A DNA stretch of 63,632 nucleotides, the filler included, from Octopus bimaculoides (lineage: Eukaryota), in NCBI RefSeq assembly GCF_001194135.2. It is 4 parts of 4 records of this genome, joined end to end, with 100 filler letters (N's around TTAATTAATTAA, not from the genome) between each part and the next. Parts side by side here need not be neighbours in the genome. Positions count along the whole stretch, not along the records: positions 1 to 31,562 come from NC_068983.1; positions 31,663 to 39,838 come from NC_068995.1; positions 39,939 to 61,279 come from NC_068997.1; 1 more part is not named here. One strand, 5' to 3'. Position numbers and translations under genes: made by a program. This document shows, piece by piece, positions 27,747 to 40,508 of the stretch. The notes beneath the pieces are model-generated. The model searched no databases, was not told the DNA's origin, and worked only from the letters and a program-made list of their open reading frames with translations. Position 1 is the stretch's first letter, and every line of letters begins with the position of its first letter.

Positions 27747-28056
27747 ATACAATTAAACCTTGGGAGAGGCATTATGCCGGTAATAAACACACGCACTGGT
27801 TCAATCCTTTATTAATTTATATAGTTTTTTGTTAAATTATTTCATTGCACTCTTGCAATCTCTTCAGTAACTTGTCTCTCCACTTCCATTTATTTTGAAT
27901 ATATTCAAAATAAATGGAAGTGGAGAGACAAGTTACTGAAGAGATTGCAAGAGTGCAATGAAATAATTTAACAAAAAACTATATAAATTAATAAAGGATT
28001 GAACCAGTGCGTGTGTTTATTACCGGCATAATGCCTCTCCCAAGGTTTAATTGTAT
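27747..28056. repeat. Perfect spacerless palindrome, 2 x 155 bp
   Basis: Centre between 27901 and 27902 (ttgaata|tattcaa); arms are exact reverse complements on manual comparison. Confidence 0.95.
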
Positions 28057-28213
28057 TTCTTTCCACACACGTATCCACATCAAGAATCTTGCACACGAAA
28101 TACACATACGAAATATATATATATATATATGTATATATGCATATATACTCACGCATAAGTACATACACATATTTGTACTCAGACACACACAGCAGGATAC
28201 ATGCGCACACACG

Positions 28214-28249
<36 letters not shown>

Positions 28250-28574
28250 GATTTACTCGCACATACAAGCGCACAGACACCAGATTCTCAGATATACACA
28301 CAAGCATGTATACACACAAGTATGGAGGACACAGGGTGAGAGATGAAGACGCGCAAATCATGTCAACATCTCTACAAAAAAAAAACGTAATTACATTTCC
28401 TGTGCTGTTCTCTCTCTCTCTCTCTTTTGATATGTGTACATACACGCATATACAAACACACACAAATACACGCGTAGGCATACATAGATATAAATACATG
28501 TATACGTATGTATGTGTGTGTGTATGTATGTGTCTGTGCGTGCGTATGTGCATATGTGTGTATGTGTCTGTATA

Positions 28575-28970
28575 GGCGAGGGTATGTGGTGAGAAGCTTG
28601 CTTCCCAACCACACGATTCCGTGTTCAGTTCCACTGCGTGGCACCGAGGGAGGATGTCTTCTGCTGTAGCCTCGGGCCGACCATGCCTTGCGAGTGGAAT
28701 TGGTCGGCGGAAACTGAAGGAAAGTAATCGTTTATAAATAGATATACGTTTGTGTGACTTCATGCTCTTGCTTGTCTTTCCTCACTGACTGCAGCAGGTA
28801 TTGGAGTGTTTACTTCCCCGTAACTTAGTAATTCGGCAAAAAACGAACGATAGAACAAGTATCAGACTTAGAAAAATGTACTAGGACCGGCTCATTCGAC
28901 TAAAAACTCTTTCAGGCAGTGCCCCAACATGGCTGTAGTCTAATGATTGAAACAAAGTAAAGATAAAAGG
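28575..28970 (+). mobile_element. Near full-length tRNA-derived SINE (CORE-like family)
   Basis: Head gtggtgagaagcttgcttcccaaccacacgattccgtgttcagttccactgcgtggcacc; body gtgtttacttccccgtaacttag; tail tgattgaaacaaagtaaagataaaag. Confidence 0.8.
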
Positions 28971-28981
28971 TAAAATATATA

Positions 28982-29196
28982 CGAGGGGTACTGACATATT
29001 CCTGGGTTTGGGTAAAAGAAAATACAGGAGGATCAGTTAATTATGTTTTTATTTAATATAACCCCTCTCCGATTCACACACTTGTTGCAGCGGTCTGTCA
29101 ATTTTCCTAATCCATGTAAAAGAATTCGGAAGTTTGGTCTTCCAACTAGGCCTTTCTCAACACCCTTAAAGCCAAGAACTTTTCAGCACCCGCTTG
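28982..29196. mobile_element. Mariner-type MITE, 215 bp
   Basis: TIRs cgaggggtactgacatattcctgggttt / caagcgggtgctgaaaagttcttggcttt; TA on both flanks. Confidence 0.75.
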
Positions 29197-31428
29197 TACT
29201 TATATATCAGTAAATGTAATTGAAGCAATACACAGCAAAATTTACGTTCAACTTAGTAATGCATCTGATTATGCATACAAAGTGTTACGACTCTTAGATT
29301 TTAGTGTGAAATAACTAAATTTAAGCGAGAGAATAATCAAATCCTTTGGATAATTCAACCCTCAAGTAATGAGTATGACACCTTACAGTTAAAGATAACA
29401 AAATAATGTTTTCTTATAAGGCGTACAATTAAAATCCGTTCCTAATAGAGAAGTGCTGCAATCTTGTGTGGCATTAATAATTCTTTTTTTTTTTTTCTAT
29501 GAACGAGAATTTCCGACTGATAACAAGTTTGTAAATAATGCGATTAAGATTTATACAATGAAATGCATCAAAATAGAACAAACGAAACTGTTTTCAATGC
29601 AATTGTATACAGAAATACAAGAGAATTAAAGTCAGATATCATAGTATTTAATATCACAAACTTCATTTTCATACAATTAAAGAATCTTACAAAAGTGTGC
29701 CACAAATACTAGGTGTGGTTCATAAAGAAAACCTGTGAAGTAATACATCGAATAATCTAGAACAATTCTTTATATGTAATTAAATGCTGAAGCAAATCCA
29801 CGTTCTCAAGTTGGTAGAAAATCACCTGCTGATAAATCAACGCAAGCAACCTAACAAATTTAATCAATACAACGTCTTTATTAGAACGTGTAGATAGCAG
29901 GTCCATTGTTAAGAAAATATAATATAGAGAGGAGACTCTTACAAACCCTTGTAAATATGAGCAAAATCTTAACTTAATGAGGTCAAGAATTGAAAATTAC
30001 CTAGTGTAGAAGTGTTGCTTAATAGATAATCAGAGATGTCACTCTGTTGTCACCGAAGGCTATTTCTTTAGCAGAAACTCATAGCATGAAATCTCTTAAA
30101 AGCTCCTAAAATCTCCTAAACTGTTCCGTTTATTTAAATCATTTTACTAGTCCTCTTGTCTTACCCCAAGCAAATTTTGCAATCTTATCGTTTTATTGTC
30201 ACTGTAAATTTCTAAGAACTACAAAAAAAAAAAAAAATAATAATGTTAGCTTTTGGTACTGTAACTACCCGCGAGGTTTCGACATAGTCTGGAAGACTAC
30301 CAGTGGCGGAAATATCTAAGTAACAGCCGAGTGAATCATCAGTTGTATCATTAAAAGTCTAAAATCAACAAAAAAGTCAAAGAAATCTAGAACGCTATTA
30401 AACATCATATTGAAAAATACTTGCTGTGCTTAAACCTTCCGAGTCAACACTAGATATAAGATATTTCCTATATGTAGATATTTTCATGTGTCGCAGTAAA
30501 TTTCATTAGCAAGAAGCATGTCTCCGTATTTCCGTTTGGTCTAAACACAAGTTTTCTTTCAAATCAAAATAATAATTTATGAGCAAAAATATTCATGCAA
30601 TATGAAAATGTAATCTCTTTTCGACAATACATTCAATAAAAATAAAAATAAGTTGTCTAAATTATGCAGACTGTAAGTGATCATTTCGCAGGTACTAAAA
30701 ATTCCGCCCAATCACATTCACGCAAAACTTATTTGTCTATATTAAATCGAAATTAGATTTGGCTTGAATTGGAAATAATTGAAATGCATCACCATAGCAT
30801 TGTTGCTATGACAACTGATTATCAACATTTCATTTAGAATTTCTCTACTTAGGTGTTAACATCAGGATGTTGTTTACGTCAATGCTAATTTCATTTCTTG
30901 AAAACAAAAACATCTCGTTTGTGTCTGATGATTGATTAATTTTTTTCTCAAAAATTATTTCTTAAAGGATGGTGGGGGAGAAATAAACAAAAAATAATAA
31001 ATAAATAAATAAAAGATATGATGAAATAAAAATTCACGTACATAAATCTTCAAGATGAACAATATTATATCTAAAATACCAGAAGCAATATTTTTATGGA
31101 CAGTCCTCGCCAACATTAAACTTTTGACTAAAATTATTTCTTTGATTCAACGAAATCCAGTTTTGTATTTAGTACGGTTAGTTATAATAAATGAAACGCC
31201 CTTATTTTCTTAATAACTAACATTGCTTAAAATGAAATTGTGACGTATGTGTACATTAAAGAGTGCGTAAACAATTTTAAGTTCATGAGAGTATTTTTTA
31301 TTCCATTCTCATTTCAGTTTCCTATTACTGCCCAGTATTCAGCCGACGCTTCGTTCTGAATGATATGAATTCTGAGTTTTAGCATCAGATTATTTGTATC
31401 TCTTTGCCTTACCCAAATAATCATAATG

Positions 31429-31520
<92 letters not shown>

Positions 31521-31926
31521 TGAAAAGAAATATAACAAGTAACTGTAGAATATGTGGAGATGNNNNNNNNNNNNNNNNNNNNNNNNNNNNNNNNNNNNNN
31601 NNNNNNTTAATTAATTAANNNNNNNNNNNNNNNNNNNNNNNNNNNNNNNNNNNNNNNNNNNNATGAAACACGTGTAATCTTTTTATTATATTTATCTTAT
31701 GATATTTACTTTACTTTATATTATACTCATTTATTGTGCTTTTAATTATTAATTTTTCTATATGTGATAGTGGATTTTCATCGATGAGTTCTTGAAAATT
31801 GGTTATTTTCCCTAAAACTATATATATTTTATATATACTTTATCTATAAGGCTCAATTTAATTTTTTATAAATTGATTTTAATTGAGTTTTTTACCTGTA
31901 ATTTTGGATTTTGTCCCTAATAATAT

Positions 31927-31962
<36 letters not shown>

Positions 31963-34818
31963 TTACTAGTTTCAAATCGACATGGTTGAGCACGGCACGG
32001 CTGTTGTGTATATATATATACAAACACACACACACTCACTGACACATACACACACGTGCAAACACACACACATACAAAACACACACACGCTCACTCACGC
32101 ATATAAATGCACACGCAGAAACACACACACACACGCACACGTACAGGCGCAAATGCATACCGCTGAAAGACCAAATGGAATATAATGAAGGACAAACGTC
32201 CACGCGCGCGCTCACACACATACACACACATGATTTGGTCATAAACCAAATATATTTATGTAGCACTGATCGAGTTCCATGTAGCTGTGTGCCATATTTG
32301 AATTTCCGATTATCCTTAATGAAGTAGTTCTTTACAAAATTAAAACTCATTCAGAATAACTGCAATGGATACATGTAGCATTCTCACTTCTATCCACGAT
32401 CAGTATGGTTGTTATGTTGACAAGACTAGATTTAATACTCCAATGTAATTTCTATTTTCGTTGGTAAATTATTCAGCGCTTCTCTATAGCGAATGGTATT
32501 TAAATCGTAGATTGATATTTTCTGAACATTTGATTTCGTGGAAATTAGAGCAATCAGATATTATCACATTCTCTGTGCGACCTCTAATTATCTATCTAAA
32601 TGAAAAAATAAAAAAATGTCATTAATTACTTTCTTTAGAAATATGTTGTTCTTTGTGAAAGTGCCATGGCCATTTTCCTAAATCCCATTTCAATGCCAAT
32701 CTTAGAATTTACAATACAATGAAATTGCGTTGCAGTTTTACGTCTTATCTATGTCTTCAAAATTTTATTTATAATTTTTATCTTTAGTCACATTTTCGGA
32801 TATAAAGCAATCACTCTGAAAGTACAAACTCTCTTTCTCTCTGGCTCTGTTTCTCTCCCTCACACACAAAAACATACACACACACCTACATACATTCATA
32901 CACACACACTCACACACACATGCACAAGCCTCTGACAAAACTATCTAAGTGATCTGTAATAAGACAAGGTGGAGGCCTCTACGCAGGGGCTTCCCTCGCT
33001 GGAAATTGCATGTAGATCTACCTCGGTTTAGATTCTACCGTCTTTGCATAGCACGCGCATATTGAATAATAATATCTTCAGAGAGCCAGTATGTGTATAA
33101 AAAAAAACCCCAAAAAAACCCAAGACATTGATAACCGTAACTACTATTACTTTGATCAGCAGTCTGCTTAACACGAACTAAACATTACAACTTAAGATGA
33201 ACTAAGCATTGACAACTAACCAGCGGAAAATGTCACAGTCTATCGTACGATGAAATAGAACTGAAATAAACCTATTGGAGAAGATGTGTGTCGAAGCATA
33301 TAAAACACGGTGAGTGACACTGAATAACAGAAACGATATAGTCAATACCTTCTCTAGAAACATTACGAATGTGGAATCATATGCTAATACTATGTAATAA
33401 ATTAAAATGCTTCTCATTGCAGATATCGCATTTGTCATAATAAAAATATTCTAAACAGCCAGCAAACATTTAAGACATGAAAAACTGGAACGCTACTAAT
33501 ATTCAGAAATTTAATAATATTTATTGTATTAGTTTTAAAAGAACTGAAGTTATTTAGTAATATATTTAAATTGAAATATTTGCTACATATGCACACACAC
33601 ACATATATAGTTTTTATAAGATATATATTTATATTATCATGTCCAATACATGACTAATATATATACATATTTGTATTTGCATGTAGGTAGAGATCTATAT
33701 GAAGATAAATAATTGTATGCATACACACACATACACACCACACACACACGCACACGCTCGTACACATACACGCACAAACGCGCGCGTACACAAACTCACA
33801 CACACATATATCTGTGGGTATATGTGGAAGACAGAGGAGAGACAGAGGAGACAGAAAGAAACAGACAGATAATTTGAACGGTGGAAAGAAAAAAATAATA
33901 AAAAAAACAAATGCAGCTGAAATCATTTTGTTTCATCTCATCTGTATTAAAACCAGTCTTTAATAGATCGAATTATTGAAGATAACATTTTCTCCCCACC
34001 CTACACTAACGTTTATTTATTCAATGTAAAGAAAATCCGAGCGTATAGTTTCTTTCTCGTTGAAATATTGCAGACGGAGGTGTATATGCTTTGATATGTT
34101 TACCAGATATTGTCTGACAAAAGGTTTTTATTCAAATATATTATATCATAATCATTATCGTTGCTTCCATGTTTCCCGTCTAATGTTCTTTTTATATAAC
34201 AATACTTTCCTATTTTATGAATATTTATTTATTATCTTTTTTTAAAGAAAAAATAAAAGTTGCTATATAAATGTATTCAGAATTTCACAATTCATTCAGC
34301 AAACGTAATTTCTAAACAAAATATTTCTTCTTCATTTACACGAGAATTTATATTTATTTTTCTGAACAATATTATACGTCATGGTTTTGTTCATCTTTTC
34401 AACGATTTTACTTTAGTTTCAGTCTGCAAAGGCCTTACAGCCTGATATTTTTGCTTGATTTCTTTCCGTGCAGATGGCTTTAAAAAGACCATGCTTGAAG
34501 CATTATTTTTCTTTCCACAACGTTTTCTAATTTTGTAGCCTGACCTTGCATGAATTCCAAAACACTATAGCACCCTTCCCGTTTGATTGTTCAGATTATC
34601 TGGCAATGGTTCTACCAAAGGAAATATATCTCTTATCAATTCGTTAATGTTTCCTGTATTTCAAGCATTAGTCTTTGTCTTCAGTTATTGACTAACATCC
34701 AAATGTTTCTTCACCTATCTCTAACACATCGCAATGCCTACAAATGCATACGTTTTTATACATATACACACACGACAACAAACACACACAATCGCTCATT
34801 CATGTGTATGCATATGTA

Positions 34819-34856
<38 letters not shown>

Positions 34857-35463
34857 AGAGTGTGTGTATATACAGTAATATTTGAATAACCCCACGCGCG
34901 CACATACACACATACACACACACACAAAACACACACACACATAAAACACTCATATGAACATATAATACATGAACTCCTTATATGTAGGTTTTTATTTCGA
35001 TACCGTTGTTAACCTTTGCAACGCTACCGTATTTTCTACATTCTTCTTCGTCTTCCTCATCATTATTGTCCTCTTCCTCTTCTTTTTCTTCTTCTTATCA
35101 TTATTATTATTGCCTTTTTTCCAAATCTAACACCTCTCTTTTATTCCTGCTGCTATCATCGGTGTTTTTATCACCAGCAAAATTAAAGGATGCATTAATG
35201 ATAATAATACTAATATTACTAATAGAAGGTATAGATATTCTAATAAAATTATTGAAATGACGTAGAAAGACAGCAGTAGTGTTATTATTGTTTTAATGGT
35301 CATAGTAAACTGTTTTGTTTTTTGCGTGAAGTTATAACTAATAGCTCAGTAAATCCGTTATCTTGAAAACGTCTGAATAGTCAGTACCACATTTATTAGA
35401 TAAGAGCTAAATCTTATATGAAAAACACATTCCCCATTGCTGTACACAACACACGATATACAT

Positions 35464-35516
<53 letters not shown>

Positions 35517-35637
35517 CATGTGTGTGTTTTCTATATACATGTATACACTTTGTTGTGATATGTGTGTGTGTATATATAATAGACATATGCATTACAGTTA
35601 CAAAATATATTTATAAAATGTGTCATATTTGTATATA

Positions 35638-35960
35638 CGATAAATGTCCCAAAAGTAATGAAACATCGGGCATAAGTTTTCTATGTATTAACCAAATCCA
35701 ACTGGCTCCGACCAGTGACTGGTCCAAATTGCCGATAGCATGTTTTGTTGCCAAGGATATGCACGGCTGCGCATTTTAATGGTGAACATGGATAGTTCTC
35801 AGAATCTTCTGCCGTCACTTGCTCCTTAGGACTTTTCTGAGATTTTTGAATTGTCTCAATATACCTTTCGCTTGCACGGGACAGAATAGTTCTAGAAAAA
35901 CACAGAGAATAACGCTCATTCTCGGTGATTTTCTAAAGCTAGGGTGTATCGAGAGCGCTA
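35638..35960 (+). mobile_element. Mariner left-end fragment
   Basis: TA-cgataaatgtcccaaaagtaatgaaac TIR-like start; no right end found. Confidence 0.45.
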
Positions 35961-36934
35961 CATATGAAGCTGGGCCAAATCGAAGGTATTAGATGAGATC
36001 ATTCCATCGACATTTCCAGAGCCTTCGATTACTGACCAAATGAGGCTAAATCTGCTGGGAGTCATTAGTTTTCTGTAATAAATAACACAATGAAGTGTTG
36101 TCATAGACCAGTACATATATACACATATATATACATATATATTTATGCATATATAATTATACATCTATATATATGTATACACATATATGAGTGTGTGTGT
36201 GGGGAGGACTAAAATCGTATTTATAATGTTCATGTATACTTGGAGCAAAAGGCGACTACGCTTTCTCTCTCACACACACACAATCATATACGTCGCTTAT
36301 ATTTTGGCGTGTGTACGTTAATATGCTGTCGTTTAACTTGAATGAGTTCTAGTCGACAAATTTTATCTGCCACGCCAATCTCTTGGAAGGTAAGCTCGAG
36401 TACGTTGTCGAGGGTGGGGAATGCCGTGAGTGGTTACGAATGGTATACAGATGGGGTCTTTTAGTTGGTAAGGTATGTTGGTTCGTGCTGGTAATTTTGA
36501 GTTTCTTGTACGTCGGAACGCAGTGATGCGGACAAGAGGCTGTGCAATTTTGGCATAGTGAATCTGTTGCGTGAGAACATATAGTATGTGTCAATATGAT
36601 ATTGTGAAATAATTTAAAGTTAGTACAGTATAAGCCAGTTCGTCTAATAACTCTTTCATCAGTTGTCTTTAATTGTGCCAGTCAGTGAGCCGCCGCCAGG
36701 ATGAGGTACCATATTGGAGGGCGGAGTCGACAGTTGTTAATTATTTAAAATTTATTGCTTACTCTATCTTTCTTGTTTGTGGAATCAGTTATTTACGAGA
36801 GAGTAAACGGAGCATTAGCGGTTCCGATGTGGTGGATAGGAACAAATTCCAAAATCCACGAGACACAAATAAAAATAGACATATATATACATGGCGGGAT
36901 TGCACACACTTTCCCACTACTGAACTCAGTCACA

Positions 36935-37060
36935 ACACATTGGTCGGCCTGGGGCTTTAGGAGAAGACATTTGTAGAAACAGTCGCATTATAGACGGGAA
37001 CCTGAGGCTATGTGACTGCAAAGCTGGCTTCTTAACCACACAGCAATGCCTGTACCTATA
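36935..37060 (-). mobile_element. CORE-like SINE head, degraded
   Basis: ttggtcggcctggggctttaggagaagaca...cttcttaaccacacagc resembles the other copies. Confidence 0.6.
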
Positions 37061-37091
37061 AATACATACACACATAGACAGATCGACTGAC

Positions 37092-37167
<76 letters not shown>

Positions 37168-37170
37168 TGG

Positions 37171-37207
<37 letters not shown>

Positions 37208-38995
37208 TAGCTAGATAAATAGATAGAATAGATTAGCTAGATAGATTGATAGATAGATATACTAAAATTGGAAAACTGGAAAAAAAAATGCAAATATAAT
37301 TGCTGTTTTCCCAAGAGTGCATTGAACAACCAGAAACACACACAAGAGCAAAAGCAATTATCTTTTATGTACCTGAGTAATCGGTTACATAATTGTACGT
37401 TGACTGTATATTTTACATGTATTCAAAAACAGACGAAGACACACACACACTCACACACATACACACACACACACGCACACATGTGAATGCACGCGTGCAT
37501 TTGTATTGTGTTTGATTAATAGAACGCTACACATATACACACGAACCACCCCATACAAGCATATATAATATTATCATGCATAAATGTATGCGTATATATA
37601 TANNNNNNNNNNNNNNNNNNNNNNNNNNNNNNNNNNNNNNNNNNNNNNNNNNNNNNNNNNNNNNNNNNNNNNNNNNNNNNNNNNNNNNNNNNNNNNNNNN
37701 NNNNNNNNNNNNNNNNNNNNNNNNNNNNNNNNNNNNNNNNNNNNNNNNNNNNNNNNNNNNNNNNNNNNNNNNNNNNNNNNNNNNNNNNNNNNNNNNNNNN
37801 NNNNNNNNNNNNNNNNNNNNNNNNNNNNNNNNNNNNNNNNNNNNNNNNNNNNNNNNNNNNNNNNNNNNNNNNNNNNNNNNNNNNNNNNNNNNNNNNNNNN
37901 NNNNNNNNNNNNNNNNNNNNNNNNNNNNNNNNNNNNNNNNNNNNNNNNNNNNNNNNNNNNNNNNNNNNNNNNNNNNNNNNNNNNNNNNNNNNNNNNNNNN
38001 NNNNNNNNNNNNNNNNNNNNNNNNNNNNNNNNNNNNNNNNNNNNNNNNNNNNNNNNNNNNNNNNNNNNNNNNNNNNATATATATATATATATATATATTT
38101 ATATATGTATATATTTCTATCTATATCTTTATATATATATGTAAGTATATATATAATGTAGATAAGAGGGAAGGAGAGAGAATTACATAATCCGTAGTCG
38201 ATATATGTCCTCATGGCTCTTTGACTCTTCGATGCAATTCTGACGTTATCTAATTTAAATCATATGAAAAGCCACTGAGAATGTATTTCCTATCATAATT
38301 CTCAGCTACACCGAGTAAACGTTCCATTGATAGATCCTTGATAAGCATCCTGTTTATATGAAATAGTAATCAAAATCTGGTACCATATGTCGTTGAACTG
38401 TAGCAGAAATCAGATGTTGTAAAGCCTGAAACTATATGAGAGATATAGAAATGAGAAAAGAAAAGTAAGCTAGAATGGGGAAAGGGCTAGAGATCAATAT
38501 TGTTAAATTCCACTCGAAATCATGGATAAAGTGAAGCAAAGAATATATATTACTTATAGGAAATGCTCATATTTATCACCATTAGCGTGTGAGTGTCTAT
38601 TTTGACAAGTGATAGTAGGTATAATAACTCTAAGCAGATGGGAAAATCTTTCTTAAAAGGTAATGGTGTTATAAAATCAGAAAGAACTGTATGGTTAAGA
38701 AATTCACTATTCAACTCCATCGTTTCAATTCTGACCGAACTGTACAGGATTACATGGTAGGCATTTTATTCTATAGTGTGTTGGGATCGACCATAGTCTG
38801 TGGCGTAAGATTCCAATGATATCTTTGTTGAACCACTGATATGGTAAGAGAACAATTGGCAGCAACAACAATCATTCTATCAAGATATGTGACTTGAAGG
38901 CATCATTCTCACTGCCTACCAACATTACTGAGCCATAAATCTAAATCTCTTCAACATATATATATATATAGTCTTCGATACTCTCGCAAACTCAC

Positions 38996-39105
<110 letters not shown>

Positions 39106-39199
39106 TCTCCTTCTCTGAACATTTCCGCGCACTCTCTCTCTGAAATTTATTCTACAACAAATCAATGTTCATGAGTGAATCGAGAAGTTTAAAAGTGGC

Positions 39200-39830
39200 C
39201 CGACAAGCGTGCCGCACGAAGAGATAGCTTGAAGCCCGTCAGCCACCATCACTAACGAGAAGATCCAGTATGCTCGAAAAATGGTAATGGTGAACCGGCG
39301 TGTTCTCACCAGGCAGATTAGTCATGGTTCTGCCTATAAAATCATCCATGGTGATGTATCTGTGTGTACCTGTACGCACAAAGAGAAGACTAGAGCTTGG
39401 CTGGGCGGCCTTTGGGAGGGTACGAAACATCTTGTAAAATTCCCAGGGCATCCATGAAAAATATCTTCATCCTGCCAGTGATGTTTTTCTTTAGTGAAAT
39501 ATGGGGACTTAACAGTACCTTCATGAACGCCCGCATTGTACCCAACGCAAAACGGAAGCAAGTATGCTAGCATTCACATTGTAGCACAAGCAAATCGACG
39601 CCTGGATTCGATCGCACACTAGGGTCAACGACATCATAAAATCTTTAAAGGAAAACAAATATAGATAGTCTGACCACGCCACATGTCTAAGTTACAACAA
39701 GATGGAAAATCACGGTGACGGGAGGGGTACTAAGACAAAGAGCAAAATCATGAGATAATGGACAAGATGATGAGGCCGAGACAATGGATGAGGCGAGAAA
39801 GTTCTCACCGGCTATCTGGGGCCTACATGG
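39200..39830 (+). mobile_element. Mariner HTH fragment (~39200-39355) fused to an RTE-like 3' fragment
   Basis: PATITNEKIQYARKMVMVNRRVLTRQISHGSAYKIIHGD (mariner), then KRRLELGWAAFGRVRNIL (RTE). Confidence 0.5.
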
Positions 39831-39938
39831 CCACAACTNNNNNNNNNNNNNNNNNNNNNNNNNNNNNNNNNNNNNNNNNNNNTTAATTAATTAANNNNNN
39901 NNNNNNNNNNNNNNNNNNNNNNNNNNNNNNNNNNNNNN

Positions 39939-40262
39939 TCTCTCTAAAGGAGACTACGGCAGCGGTACTGGAAATTAATAGTTATCGCCAAGCCAACATG
40001 GCAGTCCCAAAATTAGGACGAAAGCTGCCGTGAATTAGCTCCAAGCAGCCATCGCCTCTAGCTAGCTATGTGACACACGAAACCTGTGTCCTTTATAACC
40101 TTCGAACAGGGGAGGTCAGCAGCGTCCCCCTGCTGGTTTGGCATCTGCAGACTAGTTTCAGGGTGTTGCCCCTTGTCAATGCAGAGCAGCCAAGCCCTAG
40201 CCAGGCGGCGCTGCTGACTATCTGTTCGAAGGTTATTTATCTAATTTCAGTGGAATCTATCC
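39939..40262 (-). mobile_element. Hammerhead-bearing ~325-bp repeat (Penelope pLTR/retrozyme-like), copy 1
   Basis: Reverse-complement homologue of 49012-49338; internal inverted repeat ataaccttcgaacag...ctgttcgaaggttat encloses the ribozyme motif; left end abuts an N gap. Confidence 0.75.
40144..40185 (-). ncRNA. Minimal type I hammerhead ribozyme motif (U3-A8 variant core)
   Basis: UCUGCA-UUGACAA-GGGG caaca CCCU-GAAA-C ua G-UC-UGCAGA: 6-bp stem I, 4-bp stem II, GAAA, palindromic ACUAGU stem III, GUC cleavage triplet. Confidence 0.7.
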
Positions 40263-40508
40263 ACTGGTTTTCATATATATATATATATATGTCTGGATGT
40301 ATGTAAGTGTACGTATATATATACGCACAAATATACACATAGACATGCACACATACATATATGCGTGCATACAAACACACATATACACGTGCAGACATAC
40401 ATACATACGTACATACAGACATACATACAATCCTTATAATGTATTGCTGAACAGATTTACCCTACTATATCAAAGGATATAATGTTAGTTTAATATCACT
40501 TTATAAGA

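Noticed and set aside
31607-31618. TTAATTAATTAA island between N runs, repeated at 39883-39894 and 61324-61335
   Set aside because: An identical palindromic 12-mer flanked by Ns, with stops in all six frames, is an assembly linker rather than biology. Adjacency across these joins is uncertain.
36630-36672. CTGATGA-containing motif on the minus strand as a further hammerhead
   Set aside because: It lacks a paired stem II, the full GAAA and a closing stem I.
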